DNA of 63,996 nucleotides, filler included, from Kipferlia bialata (taxonomy: Eukaryota): the NCBI GenBank assembly GCA_003568945.1. It is 3 parts of 3 records of this genome, joined end to end, with 100 filler letters (N's around TTAATTAATTAA, not from the genome) between each part and the next. Parts side by side here need not be neighbours in the genome. Positions count along the whole stretch, not along the records: positions 21,746 to 43,319 come from BDIP01000322.1; 2 more parts are not named here. The stretch is one strand, 5' to 3'. Positions within the stretch are counted from its first letter, which is position 1; the number at the start of each line of letters is the position of its first letter. A model generated the notes under the pieces. It did not search any database. It had not been told where the DNA came from and saw only the letters and a list, made by a program, of their open reading frames with translations. The position numbers were made by a program, and so were the translations under genes. Shown here in pieces: positions 26,022 through 40,296 of this stretch.

Positions 26022-29000
26022 ATGCAAACAGACACGTGTCGAGTGGGCAATGCCCCGTGCTGGAGAAGACATATACCCATAGTAGCTGCTGTGTACCTTG
26101 CAGCACTGACCCTCAATCTGCTACGACTGCTACATGAGGGAGTATCAAACAGTACTTGTTCGCTCGTGAATGCTGCTAAGACAGCTGTTCAGAGTTGCAT
26201 TGTCTTCACTGGACTGGTGACTCTATCCTTCCTGACCCAATCTCGAAGACCCTCAGTTCAGGTGAGACAACAAATATACACACTGAGTAGGAGCTCTCTT
26301 CATATTGACTGACACTCAGTGTTTCCTTGGTCTCTCCCTCCTTGCTGTCTGTGCATCTGTCTCTGTCCTAGTGTTAGACATGGACTGGAGATGGGTGCTA
26401 CCCATTCACTGTATATGGGTGTTGAGCTGTGTGTGGCTCCCCTGTTTCCCTAGTTATGTCTCTAGCGCCACGTTGCATATGCTAGAAGACCAGCGTGTGC
26501 TGACTCAGGTCGAACGCGAGGTATCAAGAATCATATCATTGCCGGTGGATATTCCTAGCAATAGTAGTGTCTACATTACTTAGAGCATATAACTGTTCTG
26601 TTGCTCCATACATGACCTAACGTCACTCTGTTGCAGGATTTACTCACACCTTCCAGAACTGTCCCTCCTATGTCGGTGATGCATCTCCTACGGTCACGTA
26701 CTTACGCTGGATCTGTAGTGATGATGCAGACCCTTGTTCTATCGCTCATCGTGAGGTATCACTTGTGGGTCATAATACAACTCTCCCAGGAAGAATGTCC
26801 CTTCACATACTGTACTGCCAGCAGCAAACTGTCAGCATGTTAGATAACACTCTCCACTTGATCTCATAACCAGCTGCTAAACCTCATGTTTCCTAGAGGA
26901 TCCCTATATAATGAACACTATTGGAACCGCACGATTTCCAAGGACCCACTGATATCTCTGGGTACCTTACTGCTGATTTTGTTGTATCCGCGAGTAACTG
27001 AGAGAGTCAAAGACATATTGGCACCCTATGCGATCAGCACACGTGTGCTGGAGGATACCAGGTGAGGTTCATACCGAGACTGTGGGTTGTGTGCATCATA
27101 TATGTCACTACCAGTGGTAATCTACAACACACATGGACGGCAATAATCCAATCTCCGTTATTCAACTCATACCTTACCGATTCACACCAGGTCTTGGGTG
27201 AAGCAGAGAGGGGTGGTTCCATCTGTGTTTTGCAAGGCCGACCGCCCACACAATATTGTCCCTCTCACTGGAGACCTTGGCGCATTCAAGACTTCTGACA
27301 TATACTGCGCTCTTTTGGAGAAGCTTGCAGACGCAGATCCTGCTATGTACAAACCGTGTAGATTGTCACAGTTCCACGTTGTGTCTGGATGTGTACTCTC
27401 GCACACGCCACCCGTAATGCCGTCTCCAATAGACGAGGACTCAGGGTCCGCCCTGATACCTGTACCCATGGCGACCAATGGGTTCCCTGTCGAATTAGGG
27501 CCCCACCCCATACCCCCTCCCCCTCCTCCCACTCACCCCCTTTTCTGGCCCCCTATTGCCATACCCCCCAGGGGCACACTGGCACAGTGTTTTCAGGTAT
27601 CAGTCATTGTTTCTAGTGTGCACGTTCACATGTTAGTAGATCGGAGGCCAGATAGTCTGATTTCACCGTAGGCACCCACAATTGTCCTTCCCGGCCTTCC
27701 TGTAATCTATGTTACAAGAGACTGGTTCAGGCTTCTTAGACTGAAGGGGAAGGTTGAAACAGGATGATAACGGAATGCTGTCCAGTGATACAACTACATG
27801 ACTGTAGTGCTTTCTTGTTATTTAGTGGTCTCCTAACCTCAGCCACTCACTGCCTTCAAGGATCACTTGAACACAATGGTATGTGGGTCCTATTAGGATG
27901 AATAATATCGTACATATCAGACAAGACAGAGCTTTAGTCCTAGTGTGTATTGATTCATGTATTATGTCTAACACAGCTCTCTGGGACGAGAAGTGGAGCC
28001 ATTGCCGCACTAGGCCATATAGTCAGTCCAACTCGTCCTGATACAGCGTATCTAGTGGGACGTTTACGACTCAACAGGCGTCGTAGCAAACAGGTGTGGC
28101 ACAATGCCACTGGCAGCAAACCTGAAACTGAAACTTATAATACACCAATAAGCATCCTATATATCCTGGAGAGAATCTTGTTTATCGTGAGCTAACTCAG
28201 TATGTTGCAGCCTGTAACTTCATAGCCTGTGTGGACGGACGGGACCGCGACGGGGTCCCGCAGCTAATGCCGGGGGTAGCCGTTATATACTGGAGTCGTG
28301 CCCATCTATCATTGTGGAGAGACGCCGAGAAGAAGCGAAGGAGAGACTCTCTTTCGAAGGGTGTGTGTATGCCACGTGCAGTACATGCTGCCCTCGTCCC
28401 TAGAGTACAAACCAGAAGACGCAACATCCCACCACACCTGCCACTATCCCTCTTCACACGTCCCATGGCTACCCCTGATTCGTTAATGGTGGCAGACTTC
28501 CTATACTACTACAAGTGGTGCTTACAGGACACCCCTACTAGGTAAGAGAGAATACATCTATCGCAGATTATGTTGATGATTGTTGTCAGATGGAATATCA
28601 CACAATGAACATACTAACAACAGGCGTATGCTTGACCAGTTCTATTGCCAAAGAAAGCTAGACACCACCGTGCTGGAGTGCCTGCATCACCGATATGCAC
28701 TGCCCGTTCTCCTGATGCACATTAGTGTTAAGGATGGAGTTTCCCTTAGTGGTGAGTGACCTATGTACTGTGTTATAGCTAGATTTGTACTCTACAGGTA
28801 TGACAACCCACATGACCTCCAGGTGTCCCGGAGGAGGCTTCAGCCGCCTATAGCTTGACGGCCGGATCGGGATTCTCAAAGGCGCCGAGACACAACGTCC
28901 ACCATGCCTTGGCCACCATGCATCTGATGCATCACCTTGTGCAGAGTATCTGGAACAGTCCGGAGGGGATCATATACGTCCCGTCGCTTCTGGTATGTAA

Positions 29001-30124
29001 TAGTATCCTGCAGAACACTCCACACTGAAGTACTCAATGTACTACTTTGGCCTCTTCCATAGAACATAAGCAATTCCGCTTTTTTAAGTACAATACTGAC
29101 GTCAGTCAACTGCTCTAGTGGGTGCCTCCGTGGAGCATGGGTATGGCCGCGTAGCTTCAGAGACTACATGTGAACACGGGAGAATCCATGTGGCCGGTTG
29201 CTTGCACAGGTCTAACTGTCAGAAGTCCCACACTATCGGGTATGGAGTCTCACAGATACATTTATAGCTCTGGCACTATGAGACTGTCGTGTCTGGTAAT
29301 ACCAGTGGTATGCGTTCTAGATTAATATATAGCATGCGCCTTCACCTCAGGATGGCGGGAGTGGCAGCCATTGAATGTGGAGTGCTGCAATACTTGCCGC
29401 TTGGATTTAGAGCTCTCATGCAGAAGCTCCACACTGCTACCTCCATCACATCTGTGGCGTCACTAGTCGGAGACATCCAGGTGAAAGGACAGTGTTGAAT
29501 CAATAGCACTCATTCATGTGGAGAGTCCCCAATATTGGTATATCATTTTACTCTTGTTCTCTCACCAAGGCCTTCTGCCAGTGGTACGAGAGACTCACTC
29601 CTGAGGAGAGAGAGCAAACAGTCAACTGCAGGCGACCGGAGGTTTGCTGACTCTTATTGAATACCATGCCGTGTGAGTGTATTCGTCATCTGGCTCACCA
29701 CAGATGGAAGATGTAATGCCAAGTCTCTTAGCTGTTGAGCACTCCGTGTTTGGCGCCCTACAACTCTTGATACTCAAAGGCCTAATCGTTGTTGCATGTG
29801 TGGGGTCAGGCATGGCAACATCTGTGACAAGGTGTGACAATGGATATGAAACGCAACTCAGTATTGTTTGTGATTCTTCCGCTGTTTCCATACTCACTCT
29901 GCAGAAGAAGGGATGAACACCGAGTCTTCAATAGGATTGAGACTGCCGCAACTGGTCTTCCTGGTGATTCTTGGCCTGAGTCTGCCCGTCATGCAGAAGT
30001 GGCTCTCAAGAGAATGTGTTACGTGCCCTTGCTGAAGGCCCTCACCAACCTTGCACAGCTCTTTAAGATAACACACTTCGAGTCTCTGCTACGAACGCTC
30101 TTAGAGGAAACCCAAGCGGAATAG
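26022..30124 (+). CDS. Orphan multi-exon protein with N-terminal hydrophobic (TM-like) segments
   Basis: About 16 exons with GT donors and CTAAC/CTCAC..AG acceptors chain in frame (MQTDTCRV..IVAAVYLAALTLNLL; CFLGLSLLAV; APTIVLPGLPVIYV; YVAACNFIACVDG; ...LLEETQAE*). No domain recognised, and the start is uncertain. Confidence 0.6.
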
Positions 30125-30406
30125 AAGCACCCTTAGCTGTTCTTGCCTCATGGTATGCAGTACCCAACAGTCATTTGATGTTGGTAGTAGGATAAGGCCG
30201 TTAAGACTCACAAAGAGGAGTTTGAATGTGATATCTCTGGGGGTAATAGTTGGAGCAAACCAGCAAAGTGATGAAACATGTAGACTCAGAGTGTTATATG
30301 GGGAAACAGTCCCCACATGAGAGTTCTCAATGACTAGTAAACGGGTCTATATATTTGTGTGCAAATGTGACTCAACGAGGTATTTAGGAGCAGCTATGGA
30401 ATGGGT

Positions 30407-31378
30407 TTACTCCTTTATTGACTCTCCTCCCACAGCCCACCTCAGTCCATCATCTGGATACTGCAGTGCAAGGTCCATGTCACACAACAGAGTGGCGTTG
30501 CCTCTGCCCCTAGAACAGAGGATCATAGATGGTCGAAACACCTTCCAGTCGTAGCACTCACTTCGCATTACACCCCAGTCCTGCCACTCACCAGATATAG
30601 TGTCAAAGGCCACTACGACGTGGCAGCGCTCATCTCGGTGTGCATTGTACTGCACAATATAGGATCCTAAAACCTGCGGGGGACACGTATGAGCAAAACG
30701 GACATATGTGGGCTTAGGACTACTATACGGCGTCCAGCCACTGCACAAGTCAAAACAGTACATGTGTGTCACAAAACCGCTCATCAGGACAGTATAGGCC
30801 CTGTCTCCACAGAGAGAAGGCGGGATTCTCATCCACCCGCAGCATACTTCTCCCATCTCAGTCCAGCCTCTAGAGCTATGTTCTGGAGAGTATACGTAAG
30901 TGCGTAGTACCCCTCCGAGGATGTCGTTGTGTAGGAGTATCACATGGTTGTCGAGGCAGAAGAGAGAGACCGGACGGGGGAAACGCGTCGGCACGGACGC
31001 GACCTTCTCTCCACTTGTAAACTTAGGAATAGCAACAGCCTCGTAGGTGTCAAGGGTGACTGCTCGGACTGTGTACCTACTATTCTTCTCTAGAGTCCTC
31101 ATGATGTAGTATAGGACACCGCTGCAGACACAGTGCGTCAGTGATATGAGTTCAACCACCTGGCCAGATTCTGTGTCTCCGCCATATGAGGGTAGGGTCT
31201 TATGGATCCTATCTATGTAGGTCTCATTAGTGTGTGCATTGACTAGAGTCTGGATGTAGCATGATGTGCCCATCCCCATGGATATGAGTTGGTTGGCATC
31301 TGGTCCAGACACAGCAAAGGCAGACTCCACAAACCCGCTATAGTCAGATGGCAACACTGTCCTACTTCCCTGTTCCAT
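30407..31378 (-). CDS. Intronless divergent kelch/galactose-oxidase-like beta-propeller protein (323 aa)
   Basis: Continuous ORF with blade-end motifs TYVYSP...WTEMG, MYCFDLCSGW and VAFDTISGEWQDWG. Confidence 0.7.
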   Translation of the reverse strand: MEQGSRTVLPSDYSGFVESAFAVSGPDANQLISMGMGTSCYIQTLVNAHTNETYIDRIHKTLPSYGGDTESGQVVELISLTHCVCSGVLYYIMRTLEKNSRYTVRAVTLDTYEAVAIPKFTSGEKVASVPTRFPRPVSLFCLDNHVILLHNDILGGVLRTYVYSPEHSSRGWTEMGEVCCGWMRIPPSLCGDRAYTVLMSGFVTHMYCFDLCSGWTPYSSPKPTYVRFAHTCPPQVLGSYIVQYNAHRDERCHVVVAFDTISGEWQDWGVMRSECYDWKVFRPSMILCSRGRGNATLLCDMDLALQYPDDGLRWAVGGESIKE

Positions 31379-32208
31379 TGTTCTCTGCTCCTACTTAAGG
31401 TCTCTAGAAGAGCTGTCCTGTTTTAGAGGAGGCCTCTTAAGCGTCTTACCAAGCTGAAGTCTTCAATTGGTTTCGTTGAAGCCTTCAACTTGATTCATCT
31501 CCAAGAGGGTATCTGATACCTCTGATTGAATACAAGGCCTAGTACTGACTTGCCAATATCGGTGTTCACTTGATATTGGTCTTAGCTCGCACTTTACTAC
31601 TGATATCTTCAGGTGTAATAGTAGTGAATTATGCATAATGATTCCGCATAACTACTGGTGGAGCGTTACACTTCTCAGATATTAGTACAAAGTTTACTAT
31701 TTGGGGTGATGTGGACGTACTAAATGACTCAAGTATCCTGGACATCATTATGAATAGTCAACTACAAATGAGTCATTGTGGAGACGCGGTCGAGTTAAGT
31801 ACGAGTAGATGAGGGAGACACAGTGTATATACACAGTCAGAATTTGGAGCCAGGAGTTCTTCGGGTATAAACAGTAAACACACTGGCGCGCAGACATGTT
31901 TAGTAGCTCAATCACTAGCAGCAACTATAATCCAACAGATACATGAGACTAACGTCTTGTAAACCTTGCGAGGCACACGTATCAATGCACCCAATAGACA
32001 CCCAATATACATACCCTGAGAGTACTCCTCTCAGGTTCAGCGAACAATCACCCCCGTCCGCCTGTGCCCTCTGTTCGGCAGAGTGGGAAGAGAACACAAG
32101 TAGTGTACAGTCAATATCGATGGGGGACTGATTCATTCATTGAACGGAGAGAGACATTCCTGAAGTATGTAGGACAGAGTGTAAGAAAGAGCAGTCATCT
32201 ACCATAAA

Positions 32209-32239
<31 letters not shown>

Positions 32240-32926
32240 CCACCTCCAGGCATCTTGATTCAGAGTGGAACCTCTCACTATCTGCGACTGCAGCCTCCAA
32301 TGGGTACACCCTCACTAATATCCCCCTCCTCCGTTGAGTGTGAGAACATACTCTCTCCAGAGAGACTAAGGGGGAGAGAGAGAGACTGGATCAGTATGAT
32401 GTGGACACAGACGAGGGTGCCGTATGGGCCTAGCATGAGAGAGAGGGGGGAGGGAGAGAGCACTTGACAGTACCAGCTTTAACATGGCATGAGTCTCATA
32501 CCGCATGAGAGAGACAGGGTGGAAGATGGGTGACAAATCACTAATGAAGAAAGGAAGTGAGGGGGGGGGGGGGTTACCACCAACCTCAATACATGCCCAA
32601 AATTCACTTGAGGACCGAGCCCATAGAGGCAGATGCATAGCAGGGCGGCACCTGAGTGTCAGGATCATGGTGTATACCTCAGAGGGAAGAGGAGACTTAT
32701 AATGTAGCGGGGGGGAAGGGGGGGGGGATTGGTACCTGCATCAGGAGTGCATGTGTCTCAGGTGACACTTGACACCGGACTGGCAGGGTGAGGAGAGTAT
32801 CAGTATCAGTATCAGTATCTGATGATACTGATAGAGTGCACATGTGACACATATTGGAATAGATCAAGACGGCCTGTCAGACGTGTGATTGGTTTCTGCG
32901 GATGCTCCTTCTCTTGACTCAAGGTA

Positions 32927-34763
32927 ATGTCCAATGGGGAGAGTGACTTGGTGGCTGCGTTCAGGGCTGGGACCCTGTGGCCTCAACCTGGGAATGTTGG
33001 CACCCAGGGTGCAAGACCCTCTGCCTCTGCCGCTCCCTTCGGTCCCAAGCCAGTAGGGACCAAGCCCACACCTGCCCCCTCCCACCACCCCACACCATCT
33101 CCCCCTCGGTACAGAGGGCCAGAGGAGCTCGAGGGGCTACCATACGACTTCAGGTGTGTGTTGCATATCTGTGAGTATGTATAGTATACAGACTGTATCT
33201 TCGGTGTGAGTTTTGCTCCTCTGGAGTTGAGACGATGTATAGTATGGTGACCCTATCAACGTGTTGTTGCATGTCACATGTCTCTACTCTCTGTGACACC
33301 CTATGTTGCAGCTCTGTGGGGAGCAGACGCTGCTTTTGATATGATCTGCTCTCTCTCTCTCTCTTCCTCTCTCTTTTCCACTCATACCAGCACTGCTGTG
33401 AGTATTGGAGTCTCTTCGGCCCTGGTCATTGGAAGTAACGTCCAGGGGGACAGATGCATATCCCCCCTCGTATCTGTCGGCCAGGGGGGACTCTCCCTTG
33501 AGGATATGGAGTACCCTTTACCTATCGACCTCATGTTCTACAGGTGCCTCTCTCTCTCTGTTTCTCTCCATCTGTATTTGTGTATATAGGGTCATGTCAT
33601 CTTCCAATGGATCTTGTGTACTACCGCTACTATGTGCCCGTGTCTCTGACCCCCCCCCCCTTCCACTCTCTAGTTGTGTGCCATAACGTCCTATTCTTCA
33701 TCCATGACCCCCCTCCCCACTCCTCCAGTCTCTCCCTCTCACTCACTCCCCCTCTCTCTCCCTCTCCCCCCAGGGCTGTTCTTGTGGGCTCTGATGTATA
33801 TGTCTATGGGGGTATGGTGTCTGACGAGACTGACTCCACTACCTCGGATGGGGGTAGGGATGTAGACACCCTCTATGTACTCCATGTCGACACTATGAGG
33901 TGGGAGCTCATCGACAAACAGGGGAGGTGGCCACCATCCATGTCCAGGTACTCTAACCGCCAAGCGTCTCAGCGTCTCAGCGTCTCAGCGTCTCTAACCC
34001 AGATTCATAGCCTTCTCCACTGACGACACCACCCTCTACGTATGCGGCGCCAGTAACAAGGGGGAGAACAGGACGTGGGGATTCAACACTGACACACGGA
34101 CATGGGAGTCTCTCCCTCTACAGCCATTCATCTTTGACCCGGCGAGACCAGAGCTGACCTCCCTTGACCTCTCCGCCGACGACAGAGTGGTGGTCTCCAA
34201 TGGTGTGGCTCATGTGCTAAGGCCGCATGCGTCGACCACCCGCGCTCACAGTGTCCTAGTAGGCCCCTCTCACTGCACGTACACACCCAGTGAGGGCTGG
34301 AAAGCTATTGAGGGGTGTCCGTCCCTGACTAGACTTACATACGCCATAGCGAGGGGCAGATTCGTTGTGGTGGGAGTGTACCAGGGAGAGGCAGGGGCGC
34401 CCAGCTGGAACAAGTGAGTGTCCATACATGGATACATGTCCATATATATATGTATATCTATTGATGCATCTTGCGCGGCACCTCCATCCTCACCCCAGGT
34501 CTCAGCTGCTGCATGACTATGCGTATGACACTACTACGGGGGAGTGGACATGCATCAACGTGGTGCAGAGAGGGATTGGTCCCCTCAGCGCTAGTCACCC
34601 CATACCCATGGACTGCTCAGCCAGAGTGGGGCCACACTACCTGCTCTGCTGTTATGGGACACACTTCGAGCACCCTGAGGATCCAGACTACTACCCCTCC
34701 TCAGTGGTGCTCAGAGACGTGCGGTTCGGAGAGCAGCTGGAGAAGGCAGTGGCGTTTGAGTAG
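32927..34763 (+). CDS. Kelch-repeat beta-propeller protein (5 exons)
   Basis: Exons 32927-33153, 33391-33543, 33774-33947, 34003-34413 and 34499-34763 give AVLVGSDVYVYGG..TLYVLHVDTMRWE..WPP, TWGFNTDTRTWE and YAYDTTTGEW. Confidence 0.85.
33963..33994. repeat. 8-bp tandem repeat (AGCGTCTC) x4 making up most of a 55-nt intron
   Basis: agcgtctc repeated four times between the donor at 33948 and the acceptor at 34002. Confidence 0.85.
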
Positions 34764-35092
34764 ACAAGGAGTATCTGCCATGCCGGGATCCCGCAGGCTG
34801 CGCCACCAACGTCAGTGATCAGAGTAATAGACAGGGCATGGTGAATACTATTCATATAGAGTACCTATTCACTGAATAGGTACAGATTGAATGCAGCACA
34901 CGGGTATCATCACGGGAGCTGATTCATCTATGGGGCGATTATACAGTACCAACTTCTACCAATCCTTGACGTGTAGATCTATGTTCACTGTACCAAATCA
35001 ATAATGAATGTGTATCTTCCTCCACAGAGATACTAAGTAAATAGGACTTCTCAGAGTGTCCTCTCTCCCTCTCCCTCTCTCTCTCTCTCTCT

Positions 35093-38000
35093 CTAGTCCC
35101 TGTGTCCGGGCACTGCTGCCAGACTACTATCTCTGTCCCTCTCCTCACTCTCCTCCTCTCCCCCTCTGTGCCAGAACATACCTGACATGAGGGACACAAA
35201 CCCACACACTCCATCAACAATATTCCACTACTGTAGTAGTGTATACATAGGGTATATTGTGCGTACCGAGTCTCCTTGCCCTCTCTGCCTGTGTCTCATC
35301 CTCCACCCCATTGGTGGAACCAGACAGGTGCATGTAGTCATGCTTGTGGAGCTGGGTGAGTAAGGGAATAGGGAGATATATAGAAGGGGGAGGGGGAGAG
35401 AGAGTGTGTGTGTGTGATATGTATACTTGGTGTGTGTGTGTGGCATGTAGTCATGCTTGTGGAGCTGGGAGTAAGAAGGTTAGACACACAGAGAGCAAGA
35501 GAAAAAGAGGGAGTGTATCTAGTACAGTAAGCCCCCATGCTAGTCTCTTGTCCGCAAGTATTGGTTCATATTAGGTATGTGAGAACTTGAAGCTCCGATC
35601 AACCACCCACCTTAACATATCTCTTCCCCCACACCCATGCATCCACCACCACTATGATGACTAGGAGGGATATGCACACGACGGTCAGGGACTTGAGGCG
35701 CCCTGGGGGTTAGTACATACACATACACTAGGTATACAACCCAAGACAGACAGACGAAAGAGAAATGTATGGTGACTGACAGAGAGTAATGGTGTGGTAT
35801 GACGTGACGTACATGGTGAGAATGGCTCCTGTACATAGTGCCACTCAGGACAGGAGTAAGGGGCATCGGGGTCTAGGGGGGCCTGGGAGTTAAGAATATG
35901 TGGATAGTGTGCATACTTGTATACAGTGTGTATACTTGAGGGAGAGAGAGACAATGGGCATCGGGGTCCAGGGTGGCCTGTGGGTGGGTGAGTCACACGT
36001 ATACAATATATATGACTAGGCGTCAGAAGATAGAGAGATCGAGGAAAAGAGGCTTGGGAGTTAAATATCCAACCAAGACTTGTCAATCTGATATGATGAT
36101 TTATGATTTATGTTGAATAGGGGAAGAAATAGAGAAACTCATATAAACACGTACAACACACCTGCTTCCCCCCGTAGTAGCACAGGGCTGTCTCCTTCTT
36201 CTTGCCCTCGCCACACCACCCGCAGTCATCAACCAGGAGGCACCCATCGAAGGTGGTCTGGGGGGTTAGAGGAATCACAAAAACATTAGATACACTCGTA
36301 TATACCCTGCACCTCTCCATGGCTCTCTCTCTCCCTCTCTCTCTCTCTCTGCATACATATATATACATATACACACACATATATATACATACACCCACCT
36401 GATCCCTGCACCTCTCTATGGGTGTGTAGCACACGTCCCCTGTGACCCTCCAGTCAGGGCAGTACCCGGGGGCATAGTCACTAGATACACTGTCTGTAGA
36501 GTGTGCAGAGGCATTTCCGAATGTGTCCTCCCTGGCTATTGCACTGAGGTATGTGGAGAGGTCGAATGGACCAAAACCATCACCTGGCACACACTGGCCT
36601 AGGGGGTAAGATGAGGGGATAGAGAGAGTGGTATGAGTGTAGCAGACTGTAGTGTCAGAGACGGAAGAAGACGTTATCATTGTGTATATGTATGTCTTTT
36701 ATACCTGTCGACTGGCACCACCCGCATATATATACAAGGATTCATAGTATAGTGTGTATTATTATTGAATACCATCGCATATGATCCCCACCTGTCGACT
36801 GGCACCACCCGCATATGTTGTCGTTGTCTGTGTCTGTGCAGGTGTCACAGGTGGTGAAGGAGGTGCAGTCGATGCACTCACCGCCTGGGAGTCAGTGTAG
36901 GGTAGTATGAGATAACAACTCTATGGCCACAACTATATAAGGTGCAATACACCAGTCCCCTACCCGTGTACTGACTGTCGCACTCCTCCCATGGGGTACT
37001 GTCTGTGGCACCGGGCAGGACACCTCCAGAGATACAGGCACCTGGAGGTGAGATATGGAGAGGGATTGTATCTGCACACACATATACGCACTGGTCCCTC
37101 TATCTATATATATATCTGTCTCCCCAGTTATGTATACACTCACCCAGCCCCTCATTGGCCCCCTTGGCACCACCCGCACTGAGCACCTCTCTCTCTCTCT
37201 NNNNNNNNNNNNNNNNNNNNNNNNNNNNNNNNNNNNNNNNNNNNNNNNNNNNNNNNNNNNNNNNNNNNNNNNNNTATTTGTATATATAGATATATATATA
37301 CTACATACCTAGCCCCTCATTGGCCCCCTGGCACCACCCGCACTGGGCACCCCCCTGCACAGCTAGGGAACAGGAGGCACAGGTGGTGTACTGGTCACAG
37401 TCTGGGGTTGGGAACTATATATATATGCAGGCAGATGGTGTTGACATGGTCACAATCTACAGTAAGACACAATGCCTATAAACACCCAACCACATATACA
37501 GATGAATAGATATTTAGATATATATACACCTATACATACCTGACGCCTCATCGAACTGCCACCCATACAGGCACTCTGTCCATATCTCATTGCCTAGCAT
37601 GCAGGTGGGCCTCCCAAGGTCTGGAGTGAGGGGAGGAGGAGGGAGGGAGAGATAGACTGAGAGAGAGAGAGAGAGAAAGAAAACCAGTAGAACCTGGTAC
37701 CACCATGCACTTCCAACTATAGTCAATACATGGATATATATATATACATTATAATTATGTGTAGAACATATACCTGGCGGTCCCATGCACCACCCGCACA
37801 GGCAACAAATGCATATAAATATATAGTATATTCACTATATATAATACATAGTATATAATAGTATTATACACCTGGTGGTCCCATGCACCACCCGCACAGG
37901 TCCTGGTCCACACACAAGTCTGGTATCTGTCCATAGGTGGCGCAATCCGCACAGTCTCTCCCCTGATAATAAGGGTGTAGAAATAGAGAGAGAGAGAGAG

Positions 38001-40258
38001 AGAGAGAGTTGTTGCCGAGGACGATACCAAAATGACTGAGGGTGTATACATACATATATATATATATTAACATTGGGGCAGCACATGGACAAATGAGAGT
38101 GTAGAGAGAGAGAGGGTGAGTACCTCGAATATGGGGCACTCCGTAGCCTCGTAGAGCGGCACTCCCATATGGGCCTCGACACACCTCTGGGTGTAAGACA
38201 CACATATGCTACATGTACACATATATGAACACCTATTGAAGAACAATAGACGGGAGGGAGAGAGAGAGGGGACTACTCACGTTGTCTGAGGCGCAGTACC
38301 CACAGGACCCGTATACATGGTCCGCATTGATCAGATCAGCACTGACCACATCGGGGGGAATTCCCTCATCTAGACAGGCACGACAGTTGTTATTATACCT
38401 AGCGTAAAAGGAGAGAGGGGGAGGGAGATAGAGGTCGGGTATATCCAGAGAATACAGTAGCCAGTGAAACGTAGTATTTAGACATGTATACATGAACAAT
38501 GATACCATCACTGGACAGATTCAGTGTATATATAGCATACACATACATAGTGCATATACACCCACCCACCTGGCACAGTCGATGCAGTCCCCCTTCTCCA
38601 CTCTGAACAGGTCATCCTGACAATAGCCTGAGGGTGAGGGATACACTAGAAACATATATACTAGTACTACACTATATATATATGCTAGTGTATATATACT
38701 AACTGATATATACTAGCACTCTGAACAGGCCATCCTGGCAATACCCTTGGGGTGAGGGGTATAGTAGCTGATATAATACACAATACATCATATATCAATC
38801 TAGCCCCCGTTTATCGATGACACTATATGTGAAAGACACTAATACGCCCATACATACCATCCAATGGCCCTGTCCCGTCTGCATCCAGTGTCATACATAG
38901 GCCAGTACTATATAGAGTATACTACTACTATATAGTACAATACTATATAAGTATCAATTGTCATATATACATACCATCCAATGGCCCTGTCCCGTCTGCA
39001 TCGAGTGTCATGCACAGGCCAGTACTATATAGAGTATACTACTACCATATTGTACAATACTACGTAGGTATCATTAGTCATATATATATATACCATCTAA
39101 GGGCCCTGTGCCGTCTGCATCGAGTGTCATGCACAGGCCATTCTGGGAGCAGAAGCCACAGGTGTCTAGAGGGTAAGATATATAACTATATGGTATGTAT
39201 ATCTAAGACAGGTGTCTAGGATGAGGTTCACTATATACAGTGATATTTCCAACATATAACTATATCTATGGGATCAGAAGCCACAGGGGTCTAGAGGGTA
39301 AGAACCACCCTACACTATAAGCATATATGAATATGTGCCATGTATATAGATAAGCATTCCACTATATACATACCATGCATATATATATATATATATATAG
39401 ATAGATATACATACCCTCTGCTGCGCATGTGTCACACAGCCCATACATGGCACAGTGGTCCACTATCCATAAACTATCCACTATATACACATATATATAT
39501 ATTCATGTACATACTTTGTTCTGCGCATGTGTCACACAGCCCGTACATGGCACAGTGGTCCATGGCATAGGCACGCATGGTGTCAGTTGCAGGAGAGTAG
39601 CCTGGAAGGTGAGAGGGAGAGAGTAAGGGATAGGGAGATAGACCAAAGGCATGCACCTTATACCAATGGCACAGTTGCACTAATTACAACACTCAATAAC
39701 CATGATATTTATCATATATGTCATATCCGTACCGTTTGCCCCTGACCCCCCAATGAGCGTGACGGTGTCATCGTGTAGATACCCAGCAGAGTAGTACAGA
39801 GAGGTGGGGGTGGAGCCTGGGGGTGAGGGAACACTGTCAAGAATACACCTACATCCCATCTGACCAACGCCATACTGTCAATGTACAGAGTGTATATATG
39901 ACCTGTGCCCACACAATATATAAGTATGATTACGTATATCTGTATACATGTACCTGCGTCCCACCTGGCCCATGCCATATTGTCAATGCACATACAGATG
40001 GATATAGGACCTGTGTTCACACTATATATACTATGAATACGTATATCTGAATACATGTGTACCTGTGTCCCACCTGGCCCATGCCAATGTGTCAAGGTAC
40101 AATGTATATACGATATGTACATACTATCCATTATGTATATTTGTGTGTCTCTTTATATGTATACAATACTATACCTGCGTCCCATCTAGCCCATGCCATT
40201 GTGTCTATATAGGGTGTATCCATACCCTGTTTACACACTACATATACGATGTAAATGA

Positions 40259-40296
<38 letters not shown>

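Noticed and set aside
25600..30300. Compositionally distinct block as a retrotransposon or viral insertion
   Set aside because: No RT, integrase, transposase or terminal-repeat signal was seen; it splices as an ordinary multi-exon gene.
32240..32470. Short coding-looking stretch after a possible acceptor
   Set aside because: No consistent multi-exon frame or recognisable motif could be built.
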